Source of the DNA: Balanoglossus misakiensis | Taxonomy: Eukaryota > Animalia > Hemichordata | DNA length: 64,000 bases | Direction of reading: 5' to 3' | Assembly: GCA_040954595.2 (NCBI GenBank) | Contig: CM082587.2 | Location: forward strand, 3,666,275 to 3,730,274 | In this document: piece by piece, positions 11,975 through 24,800 of the stretch | Position numbering within the stretch: position 1 is the first letter of the stretch | Layout of the letters: each line of letters starts with the position of its first letter | Made by a program: the position numbers and the translations under genes | The notes under the pieces: generated by a model | What the model saw: only the letters and a program-made list of their open reading frames with translations | Told to the model about the DNA's origin: nothing | Databases searched by the model: none

Positions 11975-13712
11975 GACACTCTACTTAAGATCTCGACATT
12001 GATATCAGTAACTCTGGTCAGACGTGTACTAGCTGACGCCAAGTCTCTGATAATCGTGAGAGAATCGTGTCCTTCGCCCTAAAATATGGAAATATGACTG
12101 TCCTTCCTTTTCCTTCGCCCTAAAAAATGGAAATATGACTGTCCTTCGCTTTCCTTCGCCCTAAATTACTGAGCTACACCTGTCCTTCGGCCACCAGCAT
12201 ACAGAAAACCACGTCCTTCGCACTAAAATACGGATAAATCAGCGTCCTTCGGTTTCCTTCGCCCTAAATTACTGAGCTACACTTGTCCTTCGGCCTCTAG
12301 CATACAGAAAACCTCGTCCTTCGGCCGAAAATAGGGATAAATCAGCGTCCTTCGGTTTCCTTCGCCCTAAATTACTGAGCTACACCTGTCCTTCGGCCAC
12401 CAGCATACAGAAAACCACGTCCTTCGCACTAAAATACGGATAAATCAGCGTCCTTCGGTTTCCTTCGGCAAAAATTACGGAGCTACACGCGTCCTTTGGC
12501 TTTAATTACTGAGCTAAACCTGTCCTTCGGCCTCTAGCATACAGAAAACCGTGTCCTTCGCACTAAAATATGGAAAAATCAGTGTCCTTCGCTTTCCTTC
12601 GGCCAAAATTACGGAGCTACACGCGTCCTTTGGCTTTAATTACTGAGCTAAACCTGTCCTTCGGCCTCTAGCATACAGAAAACCGTGTCCTTCGCACTAA
12701 AATATGGAAAAATCAGTGTCCTTCGCTTTCCTTCGGCCAAAATTACGGAGCTACACCCGTCCTGCGGCTTTAATTACCGAACTAAACCTGTCCTTCGGCC
12801 TCTAGCATACAGAAAACCGTGTCCTTCGCACTAAAATATGGAAAAATCAGTGTCCTTCGCTTTCCTTCGGCCAAAATTACGGAGCTACACCCGTCCTGCG
12901 GCTTTAATTACCGAACTAAACCTGTCCTTCGGCCACCAGCATAATTAATTACCGAACTAAACCTATCCTTCGGCCACCAGCATAGAGAAAACCTTTTCCT
13001 TCGCACTTAAATATGGATAAATCAGCGTCCTTCGCTTTCCTTCGGCGTTTAATTCGAAGCTAAACCAGTCCTTCGGCCACCAGCATAGAGAAAACCTTTT
13101 CCTTCGCACTAAAATATGGAAAAAACAGTGTCCTTCAGTTTCCTTCGGTTTCCTTCGGTTTAGTCTCACCCCAACTGACTGTCGGACAACTAATGATGCT
13201 GTACGTTCATACACGTTCGCATTTTGCAACTTGTGGAATAAGTAAATAAATGGGGCAAAATGCATATTATCCATCTAGGAGACGATCACCTTCAAGAATT
13301 TGCAAATGAGACTCGGGGTCCCCTTCTTTATGCTAGGTTCAATACCTTTGGATAGTCCTTGTGGGACGAAACAATGCATATCAGATTTGGCCTTCAGGAA
13401 TCACCAATTTAGCATTGTGCTCAATGATCGAGGTCGACATGTTCGCTTGCAGGTTGTAGCCTACGTTTGCGTTTAATCAAAAGGTCGCGGTCGCTGGATG
13501 TTGAGAACTTGTTAACCGCTTTGATTATTTCAGGGACTATTCAATGCTCCAACATAACCCTAGAGATTAGTCGACAGCATTCAACACGTTTGGGGCGAGT
13601 CTTGAGGTTGAGGGGTTTGGCAATGCCTTGGTTCGGTATGTTAACAATCATGATCTATTACCAGAAAATAGTTCTCTAGGGTTGTTTGGAACTTTAAAGA
13701 TGTAAATGTCGC

Positions 13713-13877
13713 GATGGATGGGTGGATGGATGGATGGATGGATGGTTGGTTGGTTGGTTGGATGCATGGAGGGACGGATCTGGATGGATGGATGGATGAA
13801 TGAATGAATGAATGAATGAATGAATGAATGAATGAATGAATGAATGAATGAATGAATGAATGAATGAATGAATGAAT
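13713..13877. repeat. Compound (GATG)n/(GGTT)n/(GAAT)n microsatellite
   Basis: Seen directly; source of the spurious HSFI-repeat ORF 13694-13993. Confidence 0.97.
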
Positions 13878-15024
13878 AATGGTTGGAGAGTTGCTAATTG
13901 CGGTTGAATTGGATTCAAAACAACCGATATTGGAAGTATCCGCAGTAAGGTGAAGGCCGTGATCAAGCTGGGTAAATATGTTTTAGTATACATGTATGTA
14001 TGATGTGTTTGTACGACACAATGAGTGTGTATTGTGTGCGGGGAGAATTAATACATCCTTCAACAATCGGCGCGCTTTGAAGTTGAAGTAGACGCGTGAC
14101 TCAGTGAAGCGCACGGGTCACAGGGGCCGGGAACAGGATGAACGCTATTCTTTGCATTGTGGGATACTTGTTGTTCAAAATGTAAACACCGTCGTATTTG
14201 TATTCGAGGAGTCAGCAAATAATATGCTCTATCATGATAATATATCATATGACACAATACTAATTATCTTACTAGGCAGTACCATTGGAATAATACTGTG
14301 ATGCACTGTAGCGTACATGATGCGTGAATACACGTCTTCTTGCATGTATTATTGCGCATGTTAACAGAAGCAGGCAAGCGAGTTTTTTTTCGCAAACAAG
14401 TAAACAAACGAAAATAATGATGAAAGATTTCTCCATTTACATTTAGTTATGTTTACTTGTGGGAAAACGTATTAAAGAAATTATCAAGTTAGTTTAAACC
14501 TAAACACTGTTGAACGTTTCTGGGTTTATGTGTTGTTCGTGACACGCGTACGTTTTTCCATATCTAACCCCGTTCCAATTTTTTTCGTTCAGCGTAGCAT
14601 TGCCGTGGCAACGGTGACGTCAATAGCGGTGCTTCTACCCAGAGAATAAAGGCCGGCTTTTCTGCAAGACACTTAGCGCGGGTGTTTTGCACGTTTATTC
14701 CCGACGGAGAACACTCAGGGTGTCCTTATCAACGGAGGGCCCTAGACAGCGAACCGGGTACAGGGACCAACAGTGTGAAACTTATCATGCGAATAAAGCA
14801 TTGGTTGTATACGGCGCCGCTGCACGGGCATGTATGCCGCGGCCTACTTCTGTGTTTGCCTTCCGAGAGTTCGATGAAAAACACCGATACGAGCGTTCCA
14901 TTCTTGTAGGCCGAAAGGAGACTTGCTCCCGGTGACAAAATATTATTCTCGTCGAACGCTTGAAACGCACCGCGGGAACGCACATCAGTCGAGTGCATAT
15001 TTTTACGGAGTGGCATGCACTCAC

Positions 15025-15092
15025 GACTTTCTCATTCTCTGATAACGCTGTTGTACTTTAAAGTATCGTGATGGTCTCTCTCTTAGATACAT
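15025..15092 (-). CDS. Candidate alternative first coding exon (MYLRERPSRYFKVQQRYQRMRK+TC)
   Basis: ATG at 15092; 22 codons plus 2 nt; consensus GTGAGT donor in phase 2. Confidence 0.4.
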
Positions 15093-16800
15093 ATGCCAGA
15101 GGGAGGTTTATTTTAACTAAAAATCGCATCATCTACAGAAAAAAACACCAACAAAGTGGTTCATCGCAGCGTCGAAAATGTAGAACGTTCGCAATGGGTA
15201 TGTAACGAGTGTCTTCATATATTCATAATCTCCAAATCCCCAAATTGTCGACACCAGAGGGCAGTCTCTTTCAGAAGAGCAAGAAACTTATTATTTAGAA
15301 CCTCTACGCTGCAAATAAAAAGTCACAGCGACTGTTCCTGTGAATTTAAAGGGGAACAATAAAACGGCACCATATTGCAAATCGCCATCGCGTTTACTGT
15401 GCTATTAAAACGCGGGGCAAAGGTCAGTGTATGGCTTAAACATTGCTTACAGTGAGCTTACAGTAATTTATGCGAACGACACCTTTGTTTGAGGGCGTGA
15501 CATGAATTATTGAGCAATAAAAAATAGCCTTTCCCCTACATAACCATTCCATTCCCTTTTTAAAAGCTCCTTGGGTGAATGGTTATAAATAAGTAAAGAT
15601 GCAATCACATCAATATTTAGTGTTCCAGAGATTTGGACAAGCATACGCTAAGAACACTTTCTCGGTATTAGGTGAGAGACTGACTATTTCAACGAAAACA
15701 TCAAAGATAATTATTCTCCCAGGGCATTTATTTCTCCTACTTTCAATTCTCTTAAGTGTAATTGTTTACTGTGAAACTGTTAGCGTTTGTAGTAGTGGTC
15801 GTAGCTTGTCAACATTGTAAATATCTTATGATACGACAGACGGACAGACAGACGGGCATACATGCATTCTGCAGACAGAGTTTGAAAATTACAAGCAGTT
15901 CGTGAGAAAAGGAACTGATCATCACCAACTTGGCGGTTCAATGGAAGAATCTACACACACGACGGCTACGATGAAACGCCTTGCAACTCGTCCTCTGCGA
16001 TGCAACACGTCCCCGTAGTTGTCCCCATCATACAAATGCCACTAAAGTAAGCCATCGATTTGGCCATCACATCAAAATCAATGTTACATGACTTAGAGGG
16101 GTTTTGTCGATGCGCCAGGGGACTCTTAATGCAACGTAATCCTTTATGTTGCCATGGCAAAAGTACTTATATCGTCCCCTGTCGAAGAAATGTCCAATAT
16201 TGAGATTGATCTGAGCGACAACAGGTGAGGGCTAATACAATCTTCACATGCCCGACGCTCAAGCCAGCAGCCGTGTCAAGCAACATGTACCGCACAGCAA
16301 ACGTTTCACTCTTTGTGTATTCAAACTTTAAGAAGTAGATTAGCACATACTGACGTTGGTGGCGCTGGGGTGCATTGTTCTTGGTCAGAGGAACGGCCGA
16401 CGAGGGCGAGCTCCACCTCTTTTTCAAGTGGCCTGTCTCGGTTAAGGTAGCACTCGTCTCGTAGTTACTCCTCTATCTCGTCCTCTCTCCATTAGGTGAT
16501 GCTGACATAGTTGCAAGTCACGTGCTGCCCGCGTGTCCCGCCACATGAATGATAAGCAGACCTGTCGCGGCGGCTATTTCTGCAACTCATTCCCCCCCCC
16601 TTTTATCTCAAGTGCATTCAATTTACTGTGTTGCGCCGTGATCGATTGGGCGTTAAATATGTGGACTGCATAAATATATCGTGTTTCTACAGCATTTCGT
16701 TGGTTTTGTTTTTCCTTTGGCTGAACACGTCACCAGCTCATTCGACGAGATTCAGATAATGTTTCTTTTGTGGTCATGTGAGACAGAGAATCTCACTCAC

Positions 16801-16838
16801 CAAGAAAACCCTGGCTGGGACTCGTTTTCTCTATGCAT
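16801..16838 (-). CDS. Candidate alternative first coding exon (MHRENESQPGFS+TG)
   Basis: ATG at 16838; 12 codons plus 2 nt; consensus TG|GTGAGT donor in phase 2. A phase-1 ATG frame also exists. Confidence 0.3.
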
Positions 16839-19800
16839 ACTCGTTGAGGATACATTTTCCCTCACTCCAATAGGGCGCCTTGTATTTTCATACACTGACA
16901 ATTCATCGTTTGGAAATCCTACGAAGTGATTTATGTTGATCTAACCCCGTGACCCCTTATCTCAGAAATAAATGGTTATGGGGGTCTATCGTGTGGTTTT
17001 AACCATAACTTATTTTAAATCATGATGGGATGACTTATTCATCAGGCCTCTATCTGAATGATGGAAAGACACCCACGCCAAATTTAAAGGTAATTACATC
17101 CATCAGTTCTCTATGTGAATGCCATCCTTTCCCTAGGCTTTCGATAGCCACTTCTAGTCACGGTTGCGCGCAATAGGATGTATATACATGCAATTGTATT
17201 TTATTTATATGTACTGTATCATATTCAGGCTATTGTATTTATTGTAATTTCTGTTGTAGACCGCCACCTACGGGGGATAGGATAACATGCAAATGTGCCT
17301 TAGAGAGAGAGGGGGGGGGGGGGGGGTGTTGCATAAGCGATCTGCCGCTGTGTAATTTGCCACCGGGTCCAACTCAGCTGAGAGCGTTTGGTTTTTCACG
17401 TTTCCTACGATTTTAAGGCAAGTGCATTTTCCGACTTAGGTTATCAGCCCTTCGTTAGACCTTAGGGCATCCATTTACTGACTTTTGGCAGTCTTTGTGT
17501 AGCCCAGCCTAACTTTGGGTAAAATTTTGAGGATTTTCTATCATGGCTGGGCTGAGACGTTGTTTCCATTATGGCGTCGGTGCAGCGCACGTGTATTACA
17601 GCAAGCCTTCTGTCATTTTTGAGGAAACTGGCGAGGAATTATGCACTGTTTACACAATTTTACTTTCAATTAAATGCCAAGATTACTTGGCATTTCGATC
17701 CATACGTTAGTCTTAAGTGTTTATTAATCTCAAGCAAAATGACCAGAAGTGGTCGACTTCATATGCAGGGATATAAAACTAGGTTGCTCAAAGTTGACGT
17801 GCATGGTAAAAATCAATAGTCCACATGCAAATTAAGAGTGTGCTCGCCAGCTGTCCTCCATTTTTATGCAAAGGGATTCATACGTCATGTGAGACCGAGT
17901 AGTTCCCAGATTCGCTCTCACCCGTCTTCCATCAAAAAGAGCCGACGTGCCCTCTCCCGGCGATTCGCCACCCTTAACCTTTGACCTCAGTAATATTGTC
18001 TGGGGCATATGACGAACGGGGCGATGGGACTGTTCTCCGAAATTAATCGATGATCTGGTGTGGCTGTAAGGAATTGTGATGGATGTCGCAATGCGTACAG
18101 GGAATTGGGAAACTTGTATACATATAGCGGCCATCTTGGCGTGTGATTGATGTACGCCCGTCACACTTCTTAGTAAAGTCACGTAAAGGAATTGCGCCTC
18201 TTCACCGAAAGTGGTAATATTGGACAACAGAGAAGCAAGATTTTACCGCGATGTTGGGTTTATGTGTACATGTGTTAACAGTGCACTCGCATATGTATGT
18301 GTGTGCGCGTGCATTTATGTAATATGCGTGTCACTCTCATGAACGTTGTAATACGTGGTTAGATAGCCCAGATCTTATATCAAAGCTTCAGATTTGCAAT
18401 ATGACATAAAAAAACCTCGGGACCCAACAGGCAAGTTCGACTGTTCCGGGGTACTTTTATCGCTGTTGTTTTCAATATTGCCCCAAACGGAAAACACCGC
18501 TGTACTCGATGAAAGACCGATGGCAGGCGTCGTAAAGTAATCAGACGTGAAAATGAAAGCGCCAAATCAAATTTTAAAATAGCTCTTTTCCCCGAGAAGC
18601 CATTTTAATGACTATATTTTTTTTCTTTCGGAGAACGCGCTTCTGAATTGAGGGCCCGAGGGAAGCCGCCACAACGCTCAACTGAATTGCTTCTTGTATC
18701 GACAAAGAGTGGCATTTCTCGCAGAAGCAACCGCTTTGCTATCAACGAGCAGACGTCAGTGCTTGACGCATTATCGCTTCTAACGAAAAGCGGCGGCCGA
18801 TCTGTCGAGAATATAAACGTCAATACGTATCAGTTCTCCGCAACAGAAAGAAAAAAATAAATCACTGCCCGAGGAAGTTTGCCAACATGGTAGCCATGAC
18901 GACGTGCGTACAGAGTTGGCATGGGAACGGGGGGGGGGGCTGGCGAGTCGCTGTAACTGCCTCGGTGCTGAAGACAAGGGGGGGGGGGATTGAGGGAGGA
19001 TGCACCTACCCCAGACGGCTATTTTATATCACCACTTTAGCATATTTAGACGGGCGGACAGACAGACAGACAGACTAGGCAGGCAGTGAACGTTTCCTGG
19101 TTTGGGTGCCCTGGATTACATTTTTCTATTCAGAACTGCAAATTCCCTTTGAACTCTTTGTCGGATTGAAGCATACGGCAGGTATTAACAGATAAGTATA
19201 GATACTTCAATAACATATCATAGAGATAGATATTTTCCATAAAGGTCATAGATAACACTTGTTTTATATCCGACATGCTCCCGACCTATTTTCAATGTGG
19301 AGACAAATCTCTATTTAACTATTTCCTTTTATAATCTGTATTTTCTATAGGTGGGCCTCGGGGGAGTGATAATGTTCTGCGGTTGGGGACCAATCTCCGA
19401 CGAGTCGCCGTCTATGTGACGTATTTCGAAGATGACAATATTAATCTTTGATACCCGGTAGGTAAGTCTCGCCTAACTGCATCGTGGTGTTTTGACATTT
19501 CCACGGAGGGAAAAGTACCTCTTCTAATCGCAAAAATACACGTCTATGCCTTGGGTTAAGCGAGACATGTGATTTCTGCTGGGGCTTCACGATCGCCAAT
19601 TGTCTTCTTGTTCTCGTGGTTTCTCTTTTCGAGACCGTGGTGTTTTCGGCGCGAACGCAGTTTCTTTCAACGTGTTTGATTTTTCACCATAAATCTGTAA
19701 GCTTTATATACCTCTCTCGTCACGCTGCAAAGGGTGAAACGTGCATCCTGGTTCCGTCATATAGTTTCCTCCCCAGGGTGTTTTTTCTCTCCAGTTTTTC

Positions 19801-21717
19801 TAATCAACTGCAACTGCCCCCAGTCAAGAAAAACGGGCAATAGAAAATACAAGCCTACAAGGTCGACAATATATCTGCTCTCTTTAAAATCAAAACTGAA
19901 CGTGTCTAATCAATCCAAGACGCCGGCGTGAACGTTCACCCTGACGTTGACCTTGTTGTGATGCGTCTTCTATTCGATTCACAAGACGTAAATTAACGAA
20001 GATACAACTCATGATACATAATACTCTTCGATCTTTATATATGATTACTTCTGACTATTATGCAAGTGAAATATATAGTGTACAGTCAGGGTACGCTTTA
20101 ACAGGTATTTTGCTATCAAAACACCGACAGTTTACTATATTGTAAAAGGTACATACAGACATTTAACCCTAGCGTACAAGCCATGGAGATTTAATGTGAC
20201 GAGATCCTTTCGATAGAGTTGAATAAACTTCGGGAAGTGAGCTGCATCAATAAAAATGTCGAGGTCAAAACAGAGTCTCACTTTGGCGGCTAACATTGCG
20301 CACCTGCGCCCCGACAGCGACAATGAGGATCTTCGTGCAGATAAAAGAATGGCAAGATGTCAGGTCTGCTCAGAAAAAGGGATTGCGTATCCGATATCCT
20401 GGAGGCTCTGGGCTTGATTTATGGAAGTCATGCGCCTATTTGTATAACCGGCTGCCCGCTTTCTAGAATATCATTATCAGTGCATCTCGTAAAAGACAAA
20501 CACGACATGGAGATATACTGCGCAAGCGCGTTTGGTGCGTGACACCTGCATCAGCTGCAACTGATTGTTTCGCTGCCCTGCCAATAATTAAAGAGGAGCA
20601 TGCAAAAAAGCGAACGCTCTGATTAAACAAAAAGAAAACAGAAACTGAAGGTAACGCGGAAAGACACCATGATGATTATGACCTCCTTAATGCAATTCCA
20701 CGACAACTAGCGATTATTCACTCGCGCGATAGCAGCTGCGGTTATCGAAGTCTGGGTGAATTGATAAAACACGTGATTGCATTTAAGCGCACTCGTATTG
20801 ATTGTAGGAGATTGGCGCAAATAATATCGACGCCCACCTTGAGAACGCGTCGCCATTAATACACCTGTCGTGCGAATATTGTCTCTGCTATATCTGAGGG
20901 CGGAATCTGTCAAGCACGGCGATGTTTGCGATATCCTGTTTTTTGCCCACCCCGATTTCAGTTAATCTCGGCCGGCCGACGTGCCCATGTTCCCTGCTTG
21001 GGCAGCGTCAGAACACCTTTACTTACATTACACCTTAATTGATGAGTAAGCAGAATGCTTTCAACCTTGTAAACGCAGAAAGCTTCGTCCGACGCCACCG
21101 GCCGTTTTGTTCATTAACGAAAAACAGGCCCCATATCTACGGATTAAGTAGCTTGAACGTTACACCGGCCTTAAGTGTATGAATAGCGGTAATACAGGGA
21201 AGAACTGACCGCTACCTTTCGAAAGAACATTCAATATGTCCTCATAGTTTACACTTAGCTGCAGCGCGGCTGGAGACCTTATCTCTTCTCCAAAGTGCAC
21301 GCAGTAGATATTTATTTACATTAATGCACACTTAAGAACTCGTAACACTATGCTCCCCACAGTAATCATCGCGGTATCCCCTGCGGGCATTCCGTGTTTT
21401 AAAAATATGCCATCTGTTAAATATGCGGGTAGGTGAAGGTAATATCGAAAGAAAAATCTCGTATAATGGAAACTCCTGGGCGCCGGGAGAGTCTGTGATT
21501 GCAAGCGAACGACACGGCAGAATTGTCTTCCATGTCGCCATATCTTGTTTCTGCCCGCGAGGGTCCGACGCGGTGCCATTATTACTCCACAGTAAAATTG
21601 CGCGGCTAAGTTAAGTCTACGGAAGCTGGGGAGGGGGGCATAACCAGGTATTGTGACTGTGAAAATCTGGCTCAGCTGTAATCCGTGCTCTGACAGAAAA
21701 AAGTGGAACTCAGTCAG

Positions 21718-21850
21718 TTCATTCATTCATTCATTCATTCATTCATTCATTCATTCATTCATTCGTTCATTCATTCATTCATTCATTCATTCATTCATTC
21801 ATTCATTCATTCATTCATTCATTCATTCATTCATTCATTCATTCATTCAT
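21718..21850. repeat. (TTCA)n microsatellite
   Basis: Near-perfect tetranucleotide run with one TTCG variant. Confidence 0.98.
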
Positions 21851-24800
21851 AACGTACGCAGCCGTGGCCATCATTTCCGGGAGATTGTCGGTAAAATTAC
21901 AGATACAAGGTTAGCATGGGCGATTTATGATCACATCCCAGGAGCACTCCTTGCACAGAATTTAAATTCAATATACGACCAACAGAGCAATAAACCACGG
22001 TGCAACGGTAGACCACAAGAGGGTTTTATTCCCTGACATCTCAGTTTATCTTCTTCTCCCTGGGGCGAGCGCGGTGCAAAATAGCAACAGACCGTTCAAG
22101 CAGGGGTGTATTGGAAAAGATTGTATTAACCTGTCGATGACCCCCGCCGCTGCCGCGGAAAGAGAAATGGGGAAATTATTTTTTTAGTGTAGTGCAGCGA
22201 CATCCAAATCGAATTTGAACTCGACTAGGTTATTACTAAGGCATCCCTGGGCTGACCGTGACGTCAGGACGGGCATCCCTCGGTTGATGCTTCGTCGCCC
22301 GATTTCAATATCCTGGCGACCGCACTCCTGCGCGGCTATTACTGCGGATGACGCCACGATATTTATCCGCGCAGCTCGCAATTTCCATACCGAGATCTTT
22401 TATTAACAGACATCGTCCTAAAGAACCAATATCATTTGCACAATGAAATGGGTCCGACAGCTCCGCAATCAGACGGTCGGCGGGGAGGAGATAATTGCGT
22501 TTTCACCAGATATGAAACCCACAGTTGTCGATTAGACAAACTCGTATTATCGGGAATGATCGATCGGTACTCTAGCAGGATAAAAGGCAGAGCGTGTTTG
22601 TTTAATCCTTCTGAGGGTTTGGGAAAAGGTTACCAAACAGAGACAAGGACGAGACGTCAGTTATCGAGACTCGAATGGTAGATGCCGGCAACACACGGCG
22701 TGTATACATGCACATGCATAGTAGTATTCATCGGTATAGTATAAGATGCTGTGTGGGTGTTCAATCCTGTATAACGCGCATAATGCCCACGAATATTGTG
22801 GTCGTGAGTTGTTCGTGTTCCATACCAACGAGCTAACAAGGTCAATTTTCCCGGCACCGCACGCGGAGACGTATTCGCAACGCGCACAATACCGCATTAA
22901 CGCGACAACATTTCCACCCAAACGGCATTCCACCTAATTTGCGAGAGGACGACACAGCTTTGAACCTTGCCTCGACCACTCTCTGGAATAACACGCTGAA
23001 ATGTATTGACAGTATATTGTCAGCAGAAGACGTTCTTACACAAATTGTACCTTTACGCTTCCCCCGAAACGTGACCCCTATGCCCTGGCAGTACATTACC
23101 CCCATTAGGCAGACGGCTTCGTATTATTAAAAAAGACATTTCACATCATATTCATGTTCAACAAACTAACCAGAACTGGCACAAACCACAGCCAAACGCA
23201 CACCAATTTCACGGTAGTGCAAAGGCGTAAACTCTGACATTTTAACGTGATCAATTTTTAAATACCTCGTCGATTTTATCATGATACATGTATTATCAAC
23301 GGAGATTCATTATCTGATACCGTGCAAAATATTCTCATTTTTTATCAAACTTGTAATTGGCAGATGCCTGAAATTTCTAGGAGGTAGGCTTAATATGGCC
23401 CATTTACCTATAAAGCTCGTTCTTATCCGGCGCATAGCTTTGAAAACATAAATTTTAGATGGTGCAAGGTTGGTTTTCTCAGATTTTTACCTGGGTGGAG
23501 AAAATATCCCTATTTATTGCAAGGGTTGTGTGAACAAATTCGTGTGGAAATCAGAAATAATCGGCAGTGAGAACCTTGAACCCAAACTGTGTTTTATTTT
23601 TATCGCCAGCGGTTGGATTCTGATTGCGTCTCGCGGTAACAACATGAAACGCACTCTCGTGTTCTGGTCGACCGGCTTTAATTTCTCGGTCTCTTCGTCC
23701 GAGATATAAAAGTATCGAATATTTATAGCCCTCTTTCTTGTATTGCAAACGATAAATGCGAGACTCAGTGCGAGATACCCCCCCCCCCTCTACTGTCTAT
23801 GGTCAGACCAATGTTCCTTGTGTAGCACTTCGAGCATTTCTCGTCGGAGTGTCACGTGATCAGCATTTTCGACGCAACGGCGGAAGTTGCCTGCCTCAGC
23901 ATCCGGGGTCCGCCGTGGTATGAACGGCCCTCTGGGAATATGCGTCACGCACGACAGGTGCTCGTGGAAGCGTATCTCGCCGGCGCCTTATCTTACTTTC
24001 ACGGTAATATTATGCTAATCTTGTCGATGAAAAGATATCGCGACACTGTTTTCCTTTAAAGTAATATTAGTGTAATTTGCAAATATTAAGATTATGATCT
24101 CTGGGGGACCACTCATATGAAGGATCTTCGTGATGTGACTGCATTGCATAGACAATCTGGGCACCCGCGACTGGGTGAAATGCATGCAGCACATATCGTC
24201 TGAAACGCCAAACTTTCAAATTCAGACGTACAGCCATAGGGCCATACAAACCACTGATGGGCTGCATGCGTACATCCCCATGTATACATTGCCGGCGTCA
24301 TTTAACGGGTCTTCATCTCTTCGTAAAACCGGATTCGACTTGAAAATTCTCGGCTACCTATACGCCAACATCGCAGTTAAAAGTCAATTAAGTAGTTTGA
24401 AGGCAGTGAAATCCGACATGCCTGCCTTGAAATGAACATTTTGCCGAGTGGCAGCAACGCAACCTGACCGTTGACTTGTTTCTCCTTAAATTGCTCGAGA
24501 CACAAATTTGATTCCCTCGTCACTTGTGATGCCAACGTTAATCAGGATAGAATATCGCACCGCCCGGGAAATTACACCAATTTCAATGGGAGGGACTTAA
24601 AACCACGAATTAGATATACGAGGCAGATGCAATGCAATAGATTGGAATGGACAACCTTTCAGGTGCATTGTTTTTTTTTCACCGTGTCAGCGATCGATGC
24701 CGGCTTGTGCGTAGTGCATTGAAATGTACAATACCATCGTACCTGATGGTGCGGATGAAATCGACACGCACTGCAACGGAGACCGATGTCACTCACAGAC

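Larger units (their letters stand above)
10405..13171. mobile_element. Foldback-like composite element (2767 bp) with long modular inverted arms
   Basis: Left arm about 10405-10877 plus 11671-11717, right arm about 12069-13171 in inverted orientation. Arms are built of CGAAGGA-initiated 31-bp modules and a 10-bp module (134-bp unit). An 8-bp direct repeat CAACTGAC flanks both ends (10397-10404, 13172-13179) at equal offset from the terminal CTAAA.CGAAGG motif. Confidence 0.8.

Noticed and set aside
10419-13160. CGAAGGA motif every 31 bp resembles a CRISPR repeat-spacer array
   Set aside because: The constant part is only 7 bp, the spacers recur cyclically, the array is inverted, there are no cas genes and the context is eukaryotic.
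12963-13274. 103-aa ORF over the right Foldback arm
   Set aside because: Translation of the repeat modules; no domain features.
13694-13993. HSFI-repeat ORF, and the similar ORF at 21653-22036
   Set aside because: Translations of (GAAT)n/(TTCA)n microsatellites.
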